Shown here: piece by piece, positions 15,826-27,703 of the stretch
Layout: every line of letters starts with the position of its first letter
Position numbering within the stretch: the first letter of the stretch is position 1
Sequence record: DRR723986_1354
Strand: one strand, 5' to 3'
Length of the DNA stretch: 45,884 bases
Notes under the pieces: model-generated
What the model saw: the letters and a program-made list of their open reading frames with translations, nothing else
Told to the model about the DNA's origin: nothing
Databases searched by the model: none
Translations under genes and position numbers: made by a program

Positions 15826-16527
15826 ATGAACAGGAAATCACTCGCCGTCGCGGTGTCGCTCGCGGCCCTCTCGATCGCCCCGGATGCCTTCGCGCAGGGC
15901 GTGTCGTTCACCATGAAGGACATCACCGGCGCGGGGGCCGCCGACTTCGGCCTCGGGATCGAGGCCGTGGCCGCGCCCATCTTCATCGACCGCCCCGTCG
16001 TGGCAGAGCCGAGCGGGCAGGCGCCCTTCATCTCGTCCCGGTCGAGCGCCCCTGCCGCGCAGCTGCGCGACCTGATCGGCCACGCCGAAGCCAGCCGCGA
16101 GGGCTATGACAGCGTCCAGCACGGCGCCCGCGTGCGTCCGCAGAAGCGCCCCACGGAGATGACGGTCGCCGAGATCTTCGCCTGGATCAAGGCGACACCG
16201 GGCCAGCCCCATGCCATCGGTCGCTATCAGTTCATCCCCAAGACCCTGCGGGCGCTCGTGCGGCGCGGCGGGATCGACCCGCAGACCCGCTTTTCGCCGG
16301 CCCTGCAGGATCATCTGGCCAACATGCTGCTGGAAGACGCGGGCTACCAGCCCTTCACCGCGGGCGCGATGTCCAAGGAAACCTTCATGTACAATCTCGC
16401 CGGGATCTGGGCCGGGTTGCCCCTGCCCTCGGGGCGGTCGCGCTATCACGGCTACGCCGGGAACCGGGCCACCATCAGCTGGCATCTCTATGACACCGAA
16501 GTGTCCCGGATCTTCGCGGGCCGCTAA
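15826..16527 (+). CDS. Secreted lysozyme-like (muramidase/lytic transglycosylase fold) protein
   Basis: AGGAG RBS; signal peptide ends AFA|Q. Motifs LRDLIGHAE, GYD, AIGRYQFIPKTL, FSPALQD, LAGIWAGLP resemble lambda-R/GH104-like enzymes. Confidence 0.7.
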   Translation: MNRKSLAVAVSLAALSIAPDAFAQGVSFTMKDITGAGAADFGLGIEAVAAPIFIDRPVVAEPSGQAPFISSRSSAPAAQLRDLIGHAEASREGYDSVQHGARVRPQKRPTEMTVAEIFAWIKATPGQPHAIGRYQFIPKTLRALVRRGGIDPQTRFSPALQDHLANMLLEDAGYQPFTAGAMSKETFMYNLAGIWAGLPLPSGRSRYHGYAGNRATISWHLYDTEVSRIFAGR

Positions 16528-16636
16528 GCGGGCGCGACGCAGCCGAAACGCGGCACCGCGCCTCAACGCAAAGGTGGGCGCCATGAAGGCGTCGGGCCGG
16601 GTCTCGCGGGCCAAAGATGGCCCCGGACGGTCCGAG

Positions 16637-16661
16637 GGAACGATGCCCTTGCCATCACGTT
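16637..16661 (+). promoter_or_regulatory. EcfG (general stress ECF sigma)-type promoter
   Basis: Perfect GGAAC-N16-CGTT about 100 nt upstream of the FNT gene. Confidence 0.7.
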
Positions 16662-16759
16662 GCCTCTCGAAGGACCCCCCCTCCGCCGTCCGGGTCTTCG
16701 GGTACGACGGCTTTTCAGGTCATAGTCACGGGCCCCGAGACCCCTTGAACGGAAGATAC

Positions 16760-17635
16760 ATGAACGGTTCGATCAAGCGTCCCCCCGGCATCGACAGGAA
16801 CGGCGAGAAACAGGAAACCATTCACGAAGAGCAGGAGGAAGCCTCTGTCTGGCAGGCCACGCGCCTCTCCGCGCGGTTGATCTACGAGGTCATTCGGCGT
16901 GATGGTGACGAGGAACTGTCGCGCCCCGCCGTGTCGCTGGTCTGGTCCGGGCTGGCCGCCGGTGTCCTCATCAGCCTGTCCGTCATCGCGCAGGCCACGC
17001 TGACCCTTCATCTGCCCGACGCCGAATGGACGACCCTTGTGGCGAGCCTTGGTTATGCGGTCGGGTTCCTCGTGGTGATCCTTGGCCGGATGCAACTCTT
17101 CACCGAGAACACCATCACCACGGTGCTGCCGGTCGTGTCGCGACGGTCCAGATGGTGCCTGCACCGCACGGCGCGCCTTTGGGCCATCGTGCTGACCGCG
17201 AACCTTGTCGGCGCCGGGGTCGCCGCGGGGTTCCTGTCGATCCCGGGCGTCGTATCGCCGGACATGTACCAAAGCCTGCTGGACGTGGCGCATCACGCCG
17301 TCGATGGCGGTGCCGGAGAGAACTTCATGCGCGCCATGCCCGCGGGCGTTCTGATCGCGGCCCTCGTCTGGATCATGCCGTCTGCGGGGGGCAACTCTTT
17401 CTTCGTCATCCTGACGCTGACGTGGATGATGGCGGCGTCGGGCTTTGCCCATGTCGTCGCCGGGAGCGTGGAACTCGGGCTGTTGCTTTGGGGCGGTGAT
17501 CTGGGGGTTCCCGAAGGCGTCGGGCGGTTCCTGCTGCCGGTCCTCGCCGGGAACATCTTCGGGGGCACGGCGGTCTTCACCATGCTGATCTGGGGGCAGG
17601 TCAGGGCCGAGGTCAGCACCGGCGAGGATGCCTGA
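16760..17635 (+). CDS. Formate/nitrite transporter family protein (YfdC-like)
   Basis: IYEVIRRDGDEELSRP, GRMQLFTENTIT, FAHVVAGS, AGNIFGGT and several TM segments. The real start is ATG 16760 within the longer ORF. Confidence 0.88.
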   Translation: MNGSIKRPPGIDRNGEKQETIHEEQEEASVWQATRLSARLIYEVIRRDGDEELSRPAVSLVWSGLAAGVLISLSVIAQATLTLHLPDAEWTTLVASLGYAVGFLVVILGRMQLFTENTITTVLPVVSRRSRWCLHRTARLWAIVLTANLVGAGVAAGFLSIPGVVSPDMYQSLLDVAHHAVDGGAGENFMRAMPAGVLIAALVWIMPSAGGNSFFVILTLTWMMAASGFAHVVAGSVELGLLLWGGDLGVPEGVGRFLLPVLAGNIFGGTAVFTMLIWGQVRAEVSTGEDA

Positions 17636-17665
17636 GGTCGACAAGCCGCACGCGTCCCGGGGAGC

Positions 17666-20119
17666 CTAGCCGCCGCCGCCCCAAGCCTCCAGCGCCTCCA
17701 CCACTGAGACGCCGATGCCCTTGGGCTTTACACGCGCAAGGGGGCAGGGTTCATCGAGCCGCGCCGTGACATCGGCGATGTGGAAGCCGTCCGGGCGGTC
17801 GAGCGCGTCCAGTTCCTCCCATGTGACCGGCACGGCGACGGCCCCGCCCGCCCGCGCCCGCAGGGAATAGGGGGCGACGGCTGTGGCGCCGCGTTCGTTG
17901 CGCAGCCAGTCGATGAAGACGCGGCCACCGCGTTTTGCCTTGGACATGGTGGCGGTGTAGCGGTCCGGGGCGCGCTCCGACAGCAGGGCGGCAAAGGTTC
18001 GGGCGAAGCCCTTGACGGTATCCCAGCCCGCCGTGCGGCGCAGCGGCACGATGACATGCACGCCCTTGCCGCCGGTCACCATGGGAACCGATGCGAGGCC
18101 GCAGGCCGTCAGCCCGTCGCGCACCTCGACGGCGGCGGCCTTGACGGCGTCGAAGCCAAGGCCCTCGTCGGGGTCGAGGTCGAAGACCATACGGTCGGGG
18201 CGATCCAGACGGTCGCGGCGCACCCCCCAGATGTGGACCTCCAGCGCGCCCATCTGTGCGGCGCCGACAAGTCCTTCGGCGCTCGAGACGACCATGTGGG
18301 CGGTGGTCTCGCCATCCTTCCCCTCGATATCGACGGAGCCCACGCCCTTGGGGAAGCCCTTCCCCGCGTGCTTCTGGAAGAAGCAGGTGCCCGCCATGCC
18401 TTCGGGACAGCGCAAGAGCGCCAGCGGGCGGTCCGCGGTCTGCTCCAGCATCCGGTCCGCGACCCGCGCGTAATAGTCGGCGACATCGCCCTTCGTCAGA
18501 CCCGCCTCGGGGAAGACGACGCGGTCGGGGCTGGACAGGCGCACACCCGCGACCCAGCGGTCGGACCCCTCGTCCTCCGCCTCGACCTTGGCTTCCCGGG
18601 CCGCGCTGACCTCTTTGGCGCGCTTGTCCTCGCGCAGCCCGCGAAAGACCCCGTGGCGGATACGGCCCTCGGCGGTGAACTCGGTGTACTCCACCTCGAC
18701 CACCCGTTTCGGTGTCACCCAACGCGCGCCATCGGCCTCGGGGGGCAGATCCTCCTCGAACGGCGCCGTCTTGCGGCCAAGGGGCTTGAGAAGCCCGTCG
18801 AGCTTCTCCATCGCCGCCGCGTCGAAGCCTGTGCCGACGCGACCCCGATAGACCAGCGCCCCGTCCTCATAGCTGCCGAGGATCAGGGAGGCGAAGGGCC
18901 GTCCGCGCTTGTCCGAGGGCGACCATCCGGCGACGACGAACTCTGCCCGGCGCAGACATTTCGACTTGATCCACCCGCGCGAGCGTCCACCCCGATAAGG
19001 CGCATCGCGGCGCTTGGACACAAGACCCTCGCCACCGGCGGCGCAGATCGCCTGCAAGGCCGCAGCGCCGTCGCCCTCGATGACCGGACTGATGCGCAGG
19101 GGACCCCGGGACGGCTGACCAGCGAAGATTGCCTCGAGCGCGGCGCGCCGTTCGCTCAGGGGTTCCGCGGTCAGATCCACCCCGTCCCGCGACAGGCAGT
19201 CGAAGGCGTAGAAGGTCAGCGGCCCGCCAGTCTTCAGCGCGTCCTGCAGGGCCGAGAAATCGCCGGCGCCCGCGCCCGCGATCACCTCTCCGTCGATCAG
19301 GGCCGAGCGGCAATCCAGCCGCGCGGCAGGCTCCGACAGGGCGCCGAACCGGTCGGTCCAATCCTTGCCGTTGCGCGAATACAGGCGCACGCCGCCCTTC
19401 CCCAGCGCGATCACGCAGCGATAGCCGTCGAACTTGGCCTCGTGCCGCCAGCCCTCGCCCGAGGGCGGCGCATCCTCCAGCGTCGCCAGCTGGACCTTGC
19501 GAAAGCGCGGCCTCACCAGATCCTGCTTGCCGCCGCCGCCGGGCTCGCGATCGGCCGCGATGGCCCGCATCGCGCGCCCGGTCGTCACGCTGGTGCGGTG
19601 GCGGTTCGTCAGGGCGTCGGCAGAGCGCCCCGCGAAACGATCGCGTTCCTTGATCAGCAGCCAGTTTTCGCGGCGCTCGGTCTTCTTGCCCCGCATCCGG
19701 ACCAGCGCCCAGCCGCCCTTCATCCGCGCGCCATGCAGGCGGAAATGCAGCTTGCCCGCGTCGAGACCCTCTTGCGGGTCGTGCAGGGGCTCCCACCAGC
19801 CGGTGTCCCACAGCATGACCGTGCCGCCGCCGTATTCCTTTTCGGGAATCGTCCCCTCGAACGCGCCATAGGAGAGCGGATGATCCTCGGTCCGCACCGC
19901 AAGCCGCTTTTGCGAGGGGTCGGCAGAGGGGCCCTTGGTCACCGCCCATGACAGCAGCACGCCATCCCACTCCAGCCGGAAATCGTAATGAAGCCGGCTC
20001 GCATCGTGTTTCTGCACCACGAAGGACAGCGTTTCACCCCCGGCGTCGACGAGCGCGGCGCGGGGCTCTGGCGTCACGTCGAAGTCGCGTTTCTTCTCGT
20101 AGGCATCGAGCGACCTCAT
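17666..20119 (-). CDS. ligD: NHEJ DNA ligase D (phosphoesterase-ligase-polymerase)
   Basis: PE domain VVQKHDASRLHYDFRLE; ligase motif EAKFDGYR and EGLVSKR; primase-polymerase motifs FFQKH, DLDPD, TGGKGVH. Confidence 0.97.
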   Translation of the reverse strand: MRSLDAYEKKRDFDVTPEPRAALVDAGGETLSFVVQKHDASRLHYDFRLEWDGVLLSWAVTKGPSADPSQKRLAVRTEDHPLSYGAFEGTIPEKEYGGGTVMLWDTGWWEPLHDPQEGLDAGKLHFRLHGARMKGGWALVRMRGKKTERRENWLLIKERDRFAGRSADALTNRHRTSVTTGRAMRAIAADREPGGGGKQDLVRPRFRKVQLATLEDAPPSGEGWRHEAKFDGYRCVIALGKGGVRLYSRNGKDWTDRFGALSEPAARLDCRSALIDGEVIAGAGAGDFSALQDALKTGGPLTFYAFDCLSRDGVDLTAEPLSERRAALEAIFAGQPSRGPLRISPVIEGDGAAALQAICAAGGEGLVSKRRDAPYRGGRSRGWIKSKCLRRAEFVVAGWSPSDKRGRPFASLILGSYEDGALVYRGRVGTGFDAAAMEKLDGLLKPLGRKTAPFEEDLPPEADGARWVTPKRVVEVEYTEFTAEGRIRHGVFRGLREDKRAKEVSAAREAKVEAEDEGSDRWVAGVRLSSPDRVVFPEAGLTKGDVADYYARVADRMLEQTADRPLALLRCPEGMAGTCFFQKHAGKGFPKGVGSVDIEGKDGETTAHMVVSSAEGLVGAAQMGALEVHIWGVRRDRLDRPDRMVFDLDPDEGLGFDAVKAAAVEVRDGLTACGLASVPMVTGGKGVHVIVPLRRTAGWDTVKGFARTFAALLSERAPDRYTATMSKAKRGGRVFIDWLRNERGATAVAPYSLRARAGGAVAVPVTWEELDALDRPDGFHIADVTARLDEPCPLARVKPKGIGVSVVEALEAWGGGG

Positions 20120-20943
20120 GAGGCCGTCTTGCGGCGCGTCGTCCGCCCACCCTTGCTTTGCTTGAGGCTTTTCTTCAGCGCATCCATCAGGTCGACGACA
20201 TTCTCGGAGCCCTTTCCGTCATCGTCGTCAGAGGCCTTGGCGCGCGGTGTCTTCTTCGACTTCATCTTGCGGTCGATCAACTCGCGCAGGGCAGAGGCGT
20301 AGTGATCCTCGAAGGCAGAGGCGTCGAAGGGCGCGGTCTTCTTGTCGATCAACTGCGTCGCGACCTCCAGCAACTCTTCGTCGGGGGCCTCGTCGGCGAT
20401 GGAAGAAAACAGGGGGTCGGCGTCGCGGATGTCCTTTTCGTAATGCAGGGTCTCCAGCAGCAGGCCATCGCCGCAGGGCCGGATCGCACAGAGGTATTCC
20501 TTCCCGCGCATGGTCATCTGGCCCAATCCCGCCTTTTGTGTCTTGCGCAGCGCGTCGCGCACGACCCGGTAAGCATCCTCGGCCAACTCGTCCGAGGGCA
20601 CGACGTAATAGGGCCGGTCGAACCAGATCGGAGCGATCTCCGAGATTTCGACGAATTGCACCAGCTCCAGGGTCTTTTTCGTCTCCAGCTTTATGGAGTC
20701 GATTTCGCCCTTTTCCAGCAGGATATAATCGCCATCGTCGGTTTCATATCCCTTGAGGATGTCGTCATTCTCCACCGGGCCGACGCCCTGAACCGTCTTC
20801 TGGTAGCGGACGGGCTTGCCCGAGGGTTCGTGGATCTGCCTGAAGGACACCCGGGCGGAAGAATTGCGGGCGGAATGCACCTCCACGGGGATGGAGACCA
20901 GCGACAGACGAAGCTGTCCTTTCCAGATCGCGCGTGAGGCCAC
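20116..20943 (-). CDS. ku: NHEJ Ku protein
   Basis: [45 protein letters not shown] start with a GGAGG RBS; coupled to ligD. Confidence 0.97.
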   Translation of the reverse strand: MASRAIWKGQLRLSLVSIPVEVHSARNSSARVSFRQIHEPSGKPVRYQKTVQGVGPVENDDILKGYETDDGDYILLEKGEIDSIKLETKKTLELVQFVEISEIAPIWFDRPYYVVPSDELAEDAYRVVRDALRKTQKAGLGQMTMRGKEYLCAIRPCGDGLLLETLHYEKDIRDADPLFSSIADEAPDEELLEVATQLIDKKTAPFDASAFEDHYASALRELIDRKMKSKKTPRAKASDDDDGKGSENVVDLMDALKKSLKQSKGGRTTRRKTAS

Positions 20944-20975
20944 GGCCGTTCCTCCGGTTCAGTTGACACCGGGGC

Positions 20976-21000
20976 AACGCGCAAGACCCCGCCGGGTTGC
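20976..21000 (-). promoter_or_regulatory. EcfG-type promoter of ku-ligD
   Basis: Minus strand GCAAC-N16-CGTT, about 33 nt upstream of the ku start. Confidence 0.6.
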
Positions 21001-21074
21001 ATGGACGCATGGCGCCCCTGTCCGCGCACCTCGGCGGAGCGCCGCCGCCCCTCGCGCCCTTAACATATGTTACC

Positions 21075-21100
21075 GGAACGCAAGCGGCGCTCCGGTGGTT
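21075..21100 (+). promoter_or_regulatory. EcfG-type promoter of the katE operon
   Basis: GGAAC-N17-GGTT, divergent from the ku promoter. Confidence 0.5.
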
Positions 21101-21346
21101 TCCAGCATGACGATACCGCGGACGGGCAACCGCCTGCACGGGAGAGAGCAATGTCCAGAACGTACGACCGGGCCCCGCGCCCGGGCAGGCAGCCCGCAAG
21201 GCGCTGTCCCGATACCCCTGCGCGCCACCGAACGACACGGCGTCGGCGCCCTGTCGCCCCGGCCTGCGCGACCGCCAGAGAGCACGGCGCCGCGCCATCC
21301 TCTTTTCGCTGACACCCCTTCCCATCCTCAACAGAAAGGTCAGGCC

Positions 21347-23406
<2,060 letters not shown>

Positions 23407-23410
<4 letters not shown>

Positions 23411-24432
23411 CACGCACCGAGACACGCCGGGACTTCGCGTCCCGGCACCCGTGGCAGGTGGCCATCACCATTCCGGCCCGCAACGAGGACGCGCGCATCG
23501 AGGCCTGCCTCGATGCCGCCGCAGCCAGTCTGGGCACGCTCGGCGGCATCGTCGTCGCCGAAAACGGCTCCGACGACGAGACCCACGCCCGGGCGGAGTC
23601 CTGGTTCCGGGCCAGCGGCGTGCCCGGCATCCTTCTGCGGCTGCCCGACTGCCCCGGCGTCGGAGAGGCGCGCCGCGCCGCCGTTTCGGCCTGTGCCGAG
23701 GCCCTCGCGCCCGAGGCCGCGATCCTGACGACCGATGCGGACAGCCGGGTGTTTCCGGACTGGGTCGCGGCCAATCTGCATGACCTGCGCAGCGCCGACC
23801 TGATCTGCGGTACGGTGCTGCCGGACCCGGAGGAATTCGTCCGCCTGCCCCCGGTCATCGCCGAATGCGGCGCCGTCGAACGGGCCTATACGGCCCTGAC
23901 CATCGAGGCCCGCAAGATCCTCGACCCGTGCTCCGACGATCCGGACCCGGCCCATCTGTCCGAGCCCGGGGCCAGTCTAGCATTCCGCATGGCGCTATAT
24001 GACGATGTGGGCGGCATACCCGCCCAAAGCTCGGCCGAGGATCGGGCCTTCGCCTGTCGCGCCCTCGCGCGCGGGTGGCGAGTGAAGCATTCGGGCCTTG
24101 CGCGGGTCCACACCTCCTGCCGCCTCGACGGACGCGCCCCCGGGGGCATGGCCGGCGCCCTGTCGGCCCGTCTTTCGGACGCTGATCCGTTTGTCGATGA
24201 GGCCTTGGAACCGGCGGAACAGACGCTCGAACGCGTCGCGGCGCGTGGCCGCCTGCGGCGCGCATTGGCGCTGGCGCAGCCGGGTGAGCGGGGGGCGCTA
24301 CAGGACCGGCTGAACCGGCTGGCCGCCTTCCCCGAGCACCGGATGCGACTGTCGGAAGTGCGCCGGGAACTGCCGCGCCTGCAATCCGCCCTCGACGACC
24401 TGCGCGGGGCGGCGGAAAGGCGGACGGCATGA
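23407..24432 (+). CDS. Glycosyltransferase family 2
   Basis: IPARNE, ENGSDD, TTDADS (DxD), [23 protein letters not shown]. The GTG start overlaps the katE stop (GTGA). Confidence 0.85.
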
Positions 24433-25505
24433 ATGCAAGACCCGGCCCCATCCCGTCGCCCGCAGAGGCCGAGGCCGATGCGCTCGCCTTCATCGCCGCG
24501 CGCGCCCACAAGGCCGATGCGGGCGAGCAGGGGCTGGCCGAAGAGATGCAGGCCCTGCGGCAAAGCGGCCTGCTCGACCGGCTGTGCGGCGACATCGACC
24601 CGGTCGCGGCGGTCACGCTTTTGCGGCGGATCGGCCGGGCCAGCCTTTCGGTGGGCCGCCTTGCAGAGGGTCACATGAACGCGCTGGCCCTGATCCGCCT
24701 TTATGGGTCGGACTGGCAAACCCACCGCGCTGCGGCCCGGGCAGGCATGATCTACGGGGTCTGGGGCGCGGACGACGATCCGCCCGTGCGGATCGAAGAC
24801 AGCGCCGGCCCGCTTTGCCGTCTGAGCGGCGGCAAACGCTTCGCCTCGGGGCTTGGCGTCGTCGGACGCGCGGTGGTGACGGCTCAGACCACCGACGGTC
24901 CCCAACTGCTGATCGCGGAGGTTGGCGACCCGACCCGCGCCGATGCCGCGGCGTGGAACACCTCGGGGATGCGGGCAACCGCCTCGGGCCGCTACGATTT
25001 CGACGGAGCCCCGGCAGAGCGGCTGGGCGCGGTCGGCGACTACCTCAAGGAGCCGCATTTCGAGGGCGGCGTCTGGCGCTACGCGGCGCTTCACGTGGGC
25101 GGGTTGGAGGCCCTCGCGGAAGAGGTCCGCACAGCGGTTCGCGCCTTCGGAGAGGCCGCCTCGGAGCCTCAACTGCACCGCCTTGCCCGGCTGGCGAGCC
25201 TTGCCCATCTGGCCCGTCTGTCGGTCGAGGATGCGGCCCGGCGCGTCGCGGCCCCGGAAGCCGGGCCCGAGGCGGTCGCGCTGGTCCTGGCCGCCCGCGA
25301 AACGGTCGAGCGGGCCTGTCAGGAGGGCATGGCGCTGGCCGATCGGGCCTTGGGGACGCGATCCTTCGCCACCGGGCAGCGGGCAGACCTCGTCCGGCGC
25401 GATTTGGCCTTCTTCCTGCGGCAGGCCGATCTGGACGGCAAGCTGCGCCTCGTCGGGCAAACGCTGTGCGCCGCATCGCGGCCGGTCGGAGAGATCTGGG
25501 AATGA
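24429..25505 (+). CDS. Acyl-CoA dehydrogenase-like flavoprotein
   Basis: GRLAEGHMNAL, LSGGKRFASG, W..SGMRATAS, RRDLAFFLRQ; ATGA overlap with the upstream gene. Confidence 0.82.
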   Translation: MNARPGPIPSPAEAEADALAFIAARAHKADAGEQGLAEEMQALRQSGLLDRLCGDIDPVAAVTLLRRIGRASLSVGRLAEGHMNALALIRLYGSDWQTHRAAARAGMIYGVWGADDDPPVRIEDSAGPLCRLSGGKRFASGLGVVGRAVVTAQTTDGPQLLIAEVGDPTRADAAAWNTSGMRATASGRYDFDGAPAERLGAVGDYLKEPHFEGGVWRYAALHVGGLEALAEEVRTAVRAFGEAASEPQLHRLARLASLAHLARLSVEDAARRVAAPEAGPEAVALVLAARETVERACQEGMALADRALGTRSFATGQRADLVRRDLAFFLRQADLDGKLRLVGQTLCAASRPVGEIWE

Positions 25506-26230
25506 GCGCGCTGACCTTCACCCCGATGATGACCGAAGCGGCCCGCGCCCCGATGGTGGATCTGCCGACCCTGACCGGGGAAGGCGACGTTCTGGTGCTG
25601 GCCCCCCACCCCGACGACGAATCCCTCGCCATGGGCGGTGCCATCGCCGCCGCTTCCGCTGCAGGACACCGCGTTCGCGTGGTGATCGTGACCGATGGCA
25701 GCCGCTCGCACCCCAATTCGCGCAGCCATCCGCCGGACCGGCTGGCCGCCCTGCGCCGCACCGAGGCCGAGGTGGCCGTGGCGATCCTGACGAACGGGGG
25801 GCCGGTGCCGGTCTGGCTGGGCTACACGGACATGGCCGCGCCGGACAGCCCCACGGACTTCGCCGAGATCGAAAGGCGTCTGGCGCCGGACCTCGGTTCT
25901 GCCACGGCGCTCTGGACCATTTGGAACGGCGACCCGCACCCCGACCACCAGCGCGTCTGGCGTCTGGCCCGATGGCTGGCGGACCGGCATCCCGGGCTCC
26001 GGCTGTTCTCCTGCCCGGTCTGGGGCCGCGTGCAGCAGCCCCCCGCCGGCGCCACGACCGAGGGCTTGGTGCGGTTCGACACCCGCGCCCATCGCGAAGC
26101 CAAGGCGCGGGCCGTCGCCGCTCATGTGTCGCAGATGACCGACCTAATCGACGACCCCGAAGGCTTTCGGATGCCCCGTGCGCTGGCCGATCATTTCACC
26201 GAAACCGACGAGATCTTCATTCCGTCATGA
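25502..26230 (+). CDS. PIG-L/LmbE family deacetylase
   Basis: LAPHPDDE, VTDGSRSHP, DPHPDH, KARAVAAHVSQ; ATGA overlap. Confidence 0.9.
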   Translation: MSALTFTPMMTEAARAPMVDLPTLTGEGDVLVLAPHPDDESLAMGGAIAAASAAGHRVRVVIVTDGSRSHPNSRSHPPDRLAALRRTEAEVAVAILTNGGPVPVWLGYTDMAAPDSPTDFAEIERRLAPDLGSATALWTIWNGDPHPDHQRVWRLARWLADRHPGLRLFSCPVWGRVQQPPAGATTEGLVRFDTRAHREAKARAVAAHVSQMTDLIDDPEGFRMPRALADHFTETDEIFIPS

Positions 26231-26817
26231 CCCATGATGCCGCCTATTTCGACCGGCTTTATCGCGAAAAAGGCGATCCGTGGGATTACGAGGTCAGCGG
26301 TTACGAGGCCGCGAAGTATCGCCGGACCCTGTCGATGCTGTCGCGGCAGCACCACCCGGAGGCGCTGGAAATCGGATGCTCCATCGGGGTGATGAGCGCG
26401 CAGATCGCGCGGCGGTGCGGGCGACTTCTGGGGCTCGACTTCGCACCCACCGCCGTCGAGACCGCCCGCCGCCGGGCCATTCCCAACGCCCGCTTCGCCG
26501 TGGCCCGCATCCCCGAGGACTGGCCCGAGGGCGGCTGGGACCTGATCGTGCTGTCGGAAGTCCTGTATTACCTCGACGAGGATGCGCTCGACCGCACCAT
26601 CCGCCGTGTCGCCGACAGCCTTCTGCCCGGTGGCGAGTGCCTTGTGGTCGGCTACATGGGACGCACCGGCACCCGGCTGACGGCCCGCGCCGTGGAAACC
26701 CGGCTACTGGAGGGGCTGAGCGCCGCCCATCCGGCGCATGACATCGTCAGGGACTCTCATCCCTCGTGGACGGCCGCCGTCTTCACCCGTCAGGAGGCGG
26801 GCAGCGGGGAGGGGTAA
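26227..26817 (+). CDS. NodS-like SAM-dependent methyltransferase
   Basis: YFDRLY..DPWDY..YE..KY, ALEIGCSIG, DLIVLSEVLYYL; ATGA overlap. Confidence 0.88.
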   Translation: MTHDAAYFDRLYREKGDPWDYEVSGYEAAKYRRTLSMLSRQHHPEALEIGCSIGVMSAQIARRCGRLLGLDFAPTAVETARRRAIPNARFAVARIPEDWPEGGWDLIVLSEVLYYLDEDALDRTIRRVADSLLPGGECLVVGYMGRTGTRLTARAVETRLLEGLSAAHPAHDIVRDSHPSWTAAVFTRQEAGSGEG

Positions 26818-27599
26818 AGATAGGCCGGATCGAAGCCCGCCATCCGCCGCAGCCGTTCTCGGTCGTGGATGGTCACGCGGCCATCGCCGATCGTGCACAG
26901 ACCCGCATCCCGCAGATCCTTGCTGACGCGGCTGACGTGGACGCTGGACAGGCCGAGGATGTCGGCCAGATCGGCCTGCAGAAGCGGCAGGTCGAACCGA
27001 CCGTCGATCACCGCGCCGCAGGCGTGCAACCGCAGGTCCATCTCGCAGAGAAAGTCCGAGACCGAGGCCATCGCGCGCAGCCGGGCGTTGCGGTAGATCC
27101 AGTGGCGGTGGATCGCGGCATCGACCATGGTCAGCCGCCAGAGCGCCAGAGCGTCCTCCGCATGGTCCGCCATGATCCCCGTCAGGCGGTCGTGCGGAAA
27201 GAAGGCGAGGCGTACATCCGTCAAGGTGCACACGTCGTGATCCAGATGGCCCAAAGGCAGGGCGTGGAGGTCGACGAAATCCCCGGGCACCTGGATCGAG
27301 ACCATGGCCCGGGTGCCACTGTCATCCTCGGACTGCCGGACATAGCGGCACATCATCCCCTCCAGCAGAAGCGCGCTCTGGCGCAGCGGCTCTCCGGCGC
27401 GCGAGAGCATGTGGCGTTTCGGAAGGTCTGCGATCTTCGAGTACGCGTCCCCCAGCCTGCTCCACAGGCGGGAGTCCAGCGTCCCGACCATGCCGCGCCG
27501 GTATCGTTCGGGAATGGTCGGCGGGCTGTTGTCGACAGGGCTTTCGCGGCCCTGCGCGAGGGGGGATCTTGCTGTGTGTCTCGAAGTTTGTCCTTCCAT
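26790..27599 (-). CDS. Crp/Fnr family transcriptional regulator
   Basis: cNMP-like domain (VPGDFVDLH) and HTH LPLLQADLADILGLSSVHVSRV. Its 3' end overlaps the convergent methyltransferase by 28 nt. Confidence 0.88.
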   Translation of the reverse strand: MEGQTSRHTARSPLAQGRESPVDNSPPTIPERYRRGMVGTLDSRLWSRLGDAYSKIADLPKRHMLSRAGEPLRQSALLLEGMMCRYVRQSEDDSGTRAMVSIQVPGDFVDLHALPLGHLDHDVCTLTDVRLAFFPHDRLTGIMADHAEDALALWRLTMVDAAIHRHWIYRNARLRAMASVSDFLCEMDLRLHACGAVIDGRFDLPLLQADLADILGLSSVHVSRVSKDLRDAGLCTIGDGRVTIHDRERLRRMAGFDPAYLYPSPLPAS

Positions 27600-27678
27600 C
27601 GCCAACCCTTTCCGTTCGTCGTCATCACCTTTGCCCGGACCACGGGGACAGCGACGGGCCCCTGCCCCCCGGTCCGTC

Positions 27679-27703
27679 AACACCGTTCACGGCGCCGTGT
27701 TCC
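27679..27703 (-). promoter_or_regulatory. EcfG-type promoter of the Crp/Fnr gene
   Basis: Minus strand GGAAC-N16-TGTT, about 80 nt upstream of ATG 27599. Confidence 0.55.

Noticed and set aside
15826-16527. Prophage endolysin
   Set aside because: There are no holin, structural or integrase genes nearby, and the protein has a cleavable Sec signal.
16211-16759. N-terminal extensions in the ORF track (FNT from 16211, katE from 20816, GT2 from 21952, PIG-L from 24584, methyltransferase from 24922, LivG from 34164, LysR from 40318, Crp from 41609)
   Set aside because: They overlap neighbouring genes or promoters and are low-complexity. Downstream starts have an RBS or stop/start coupling, so these are not fusions.
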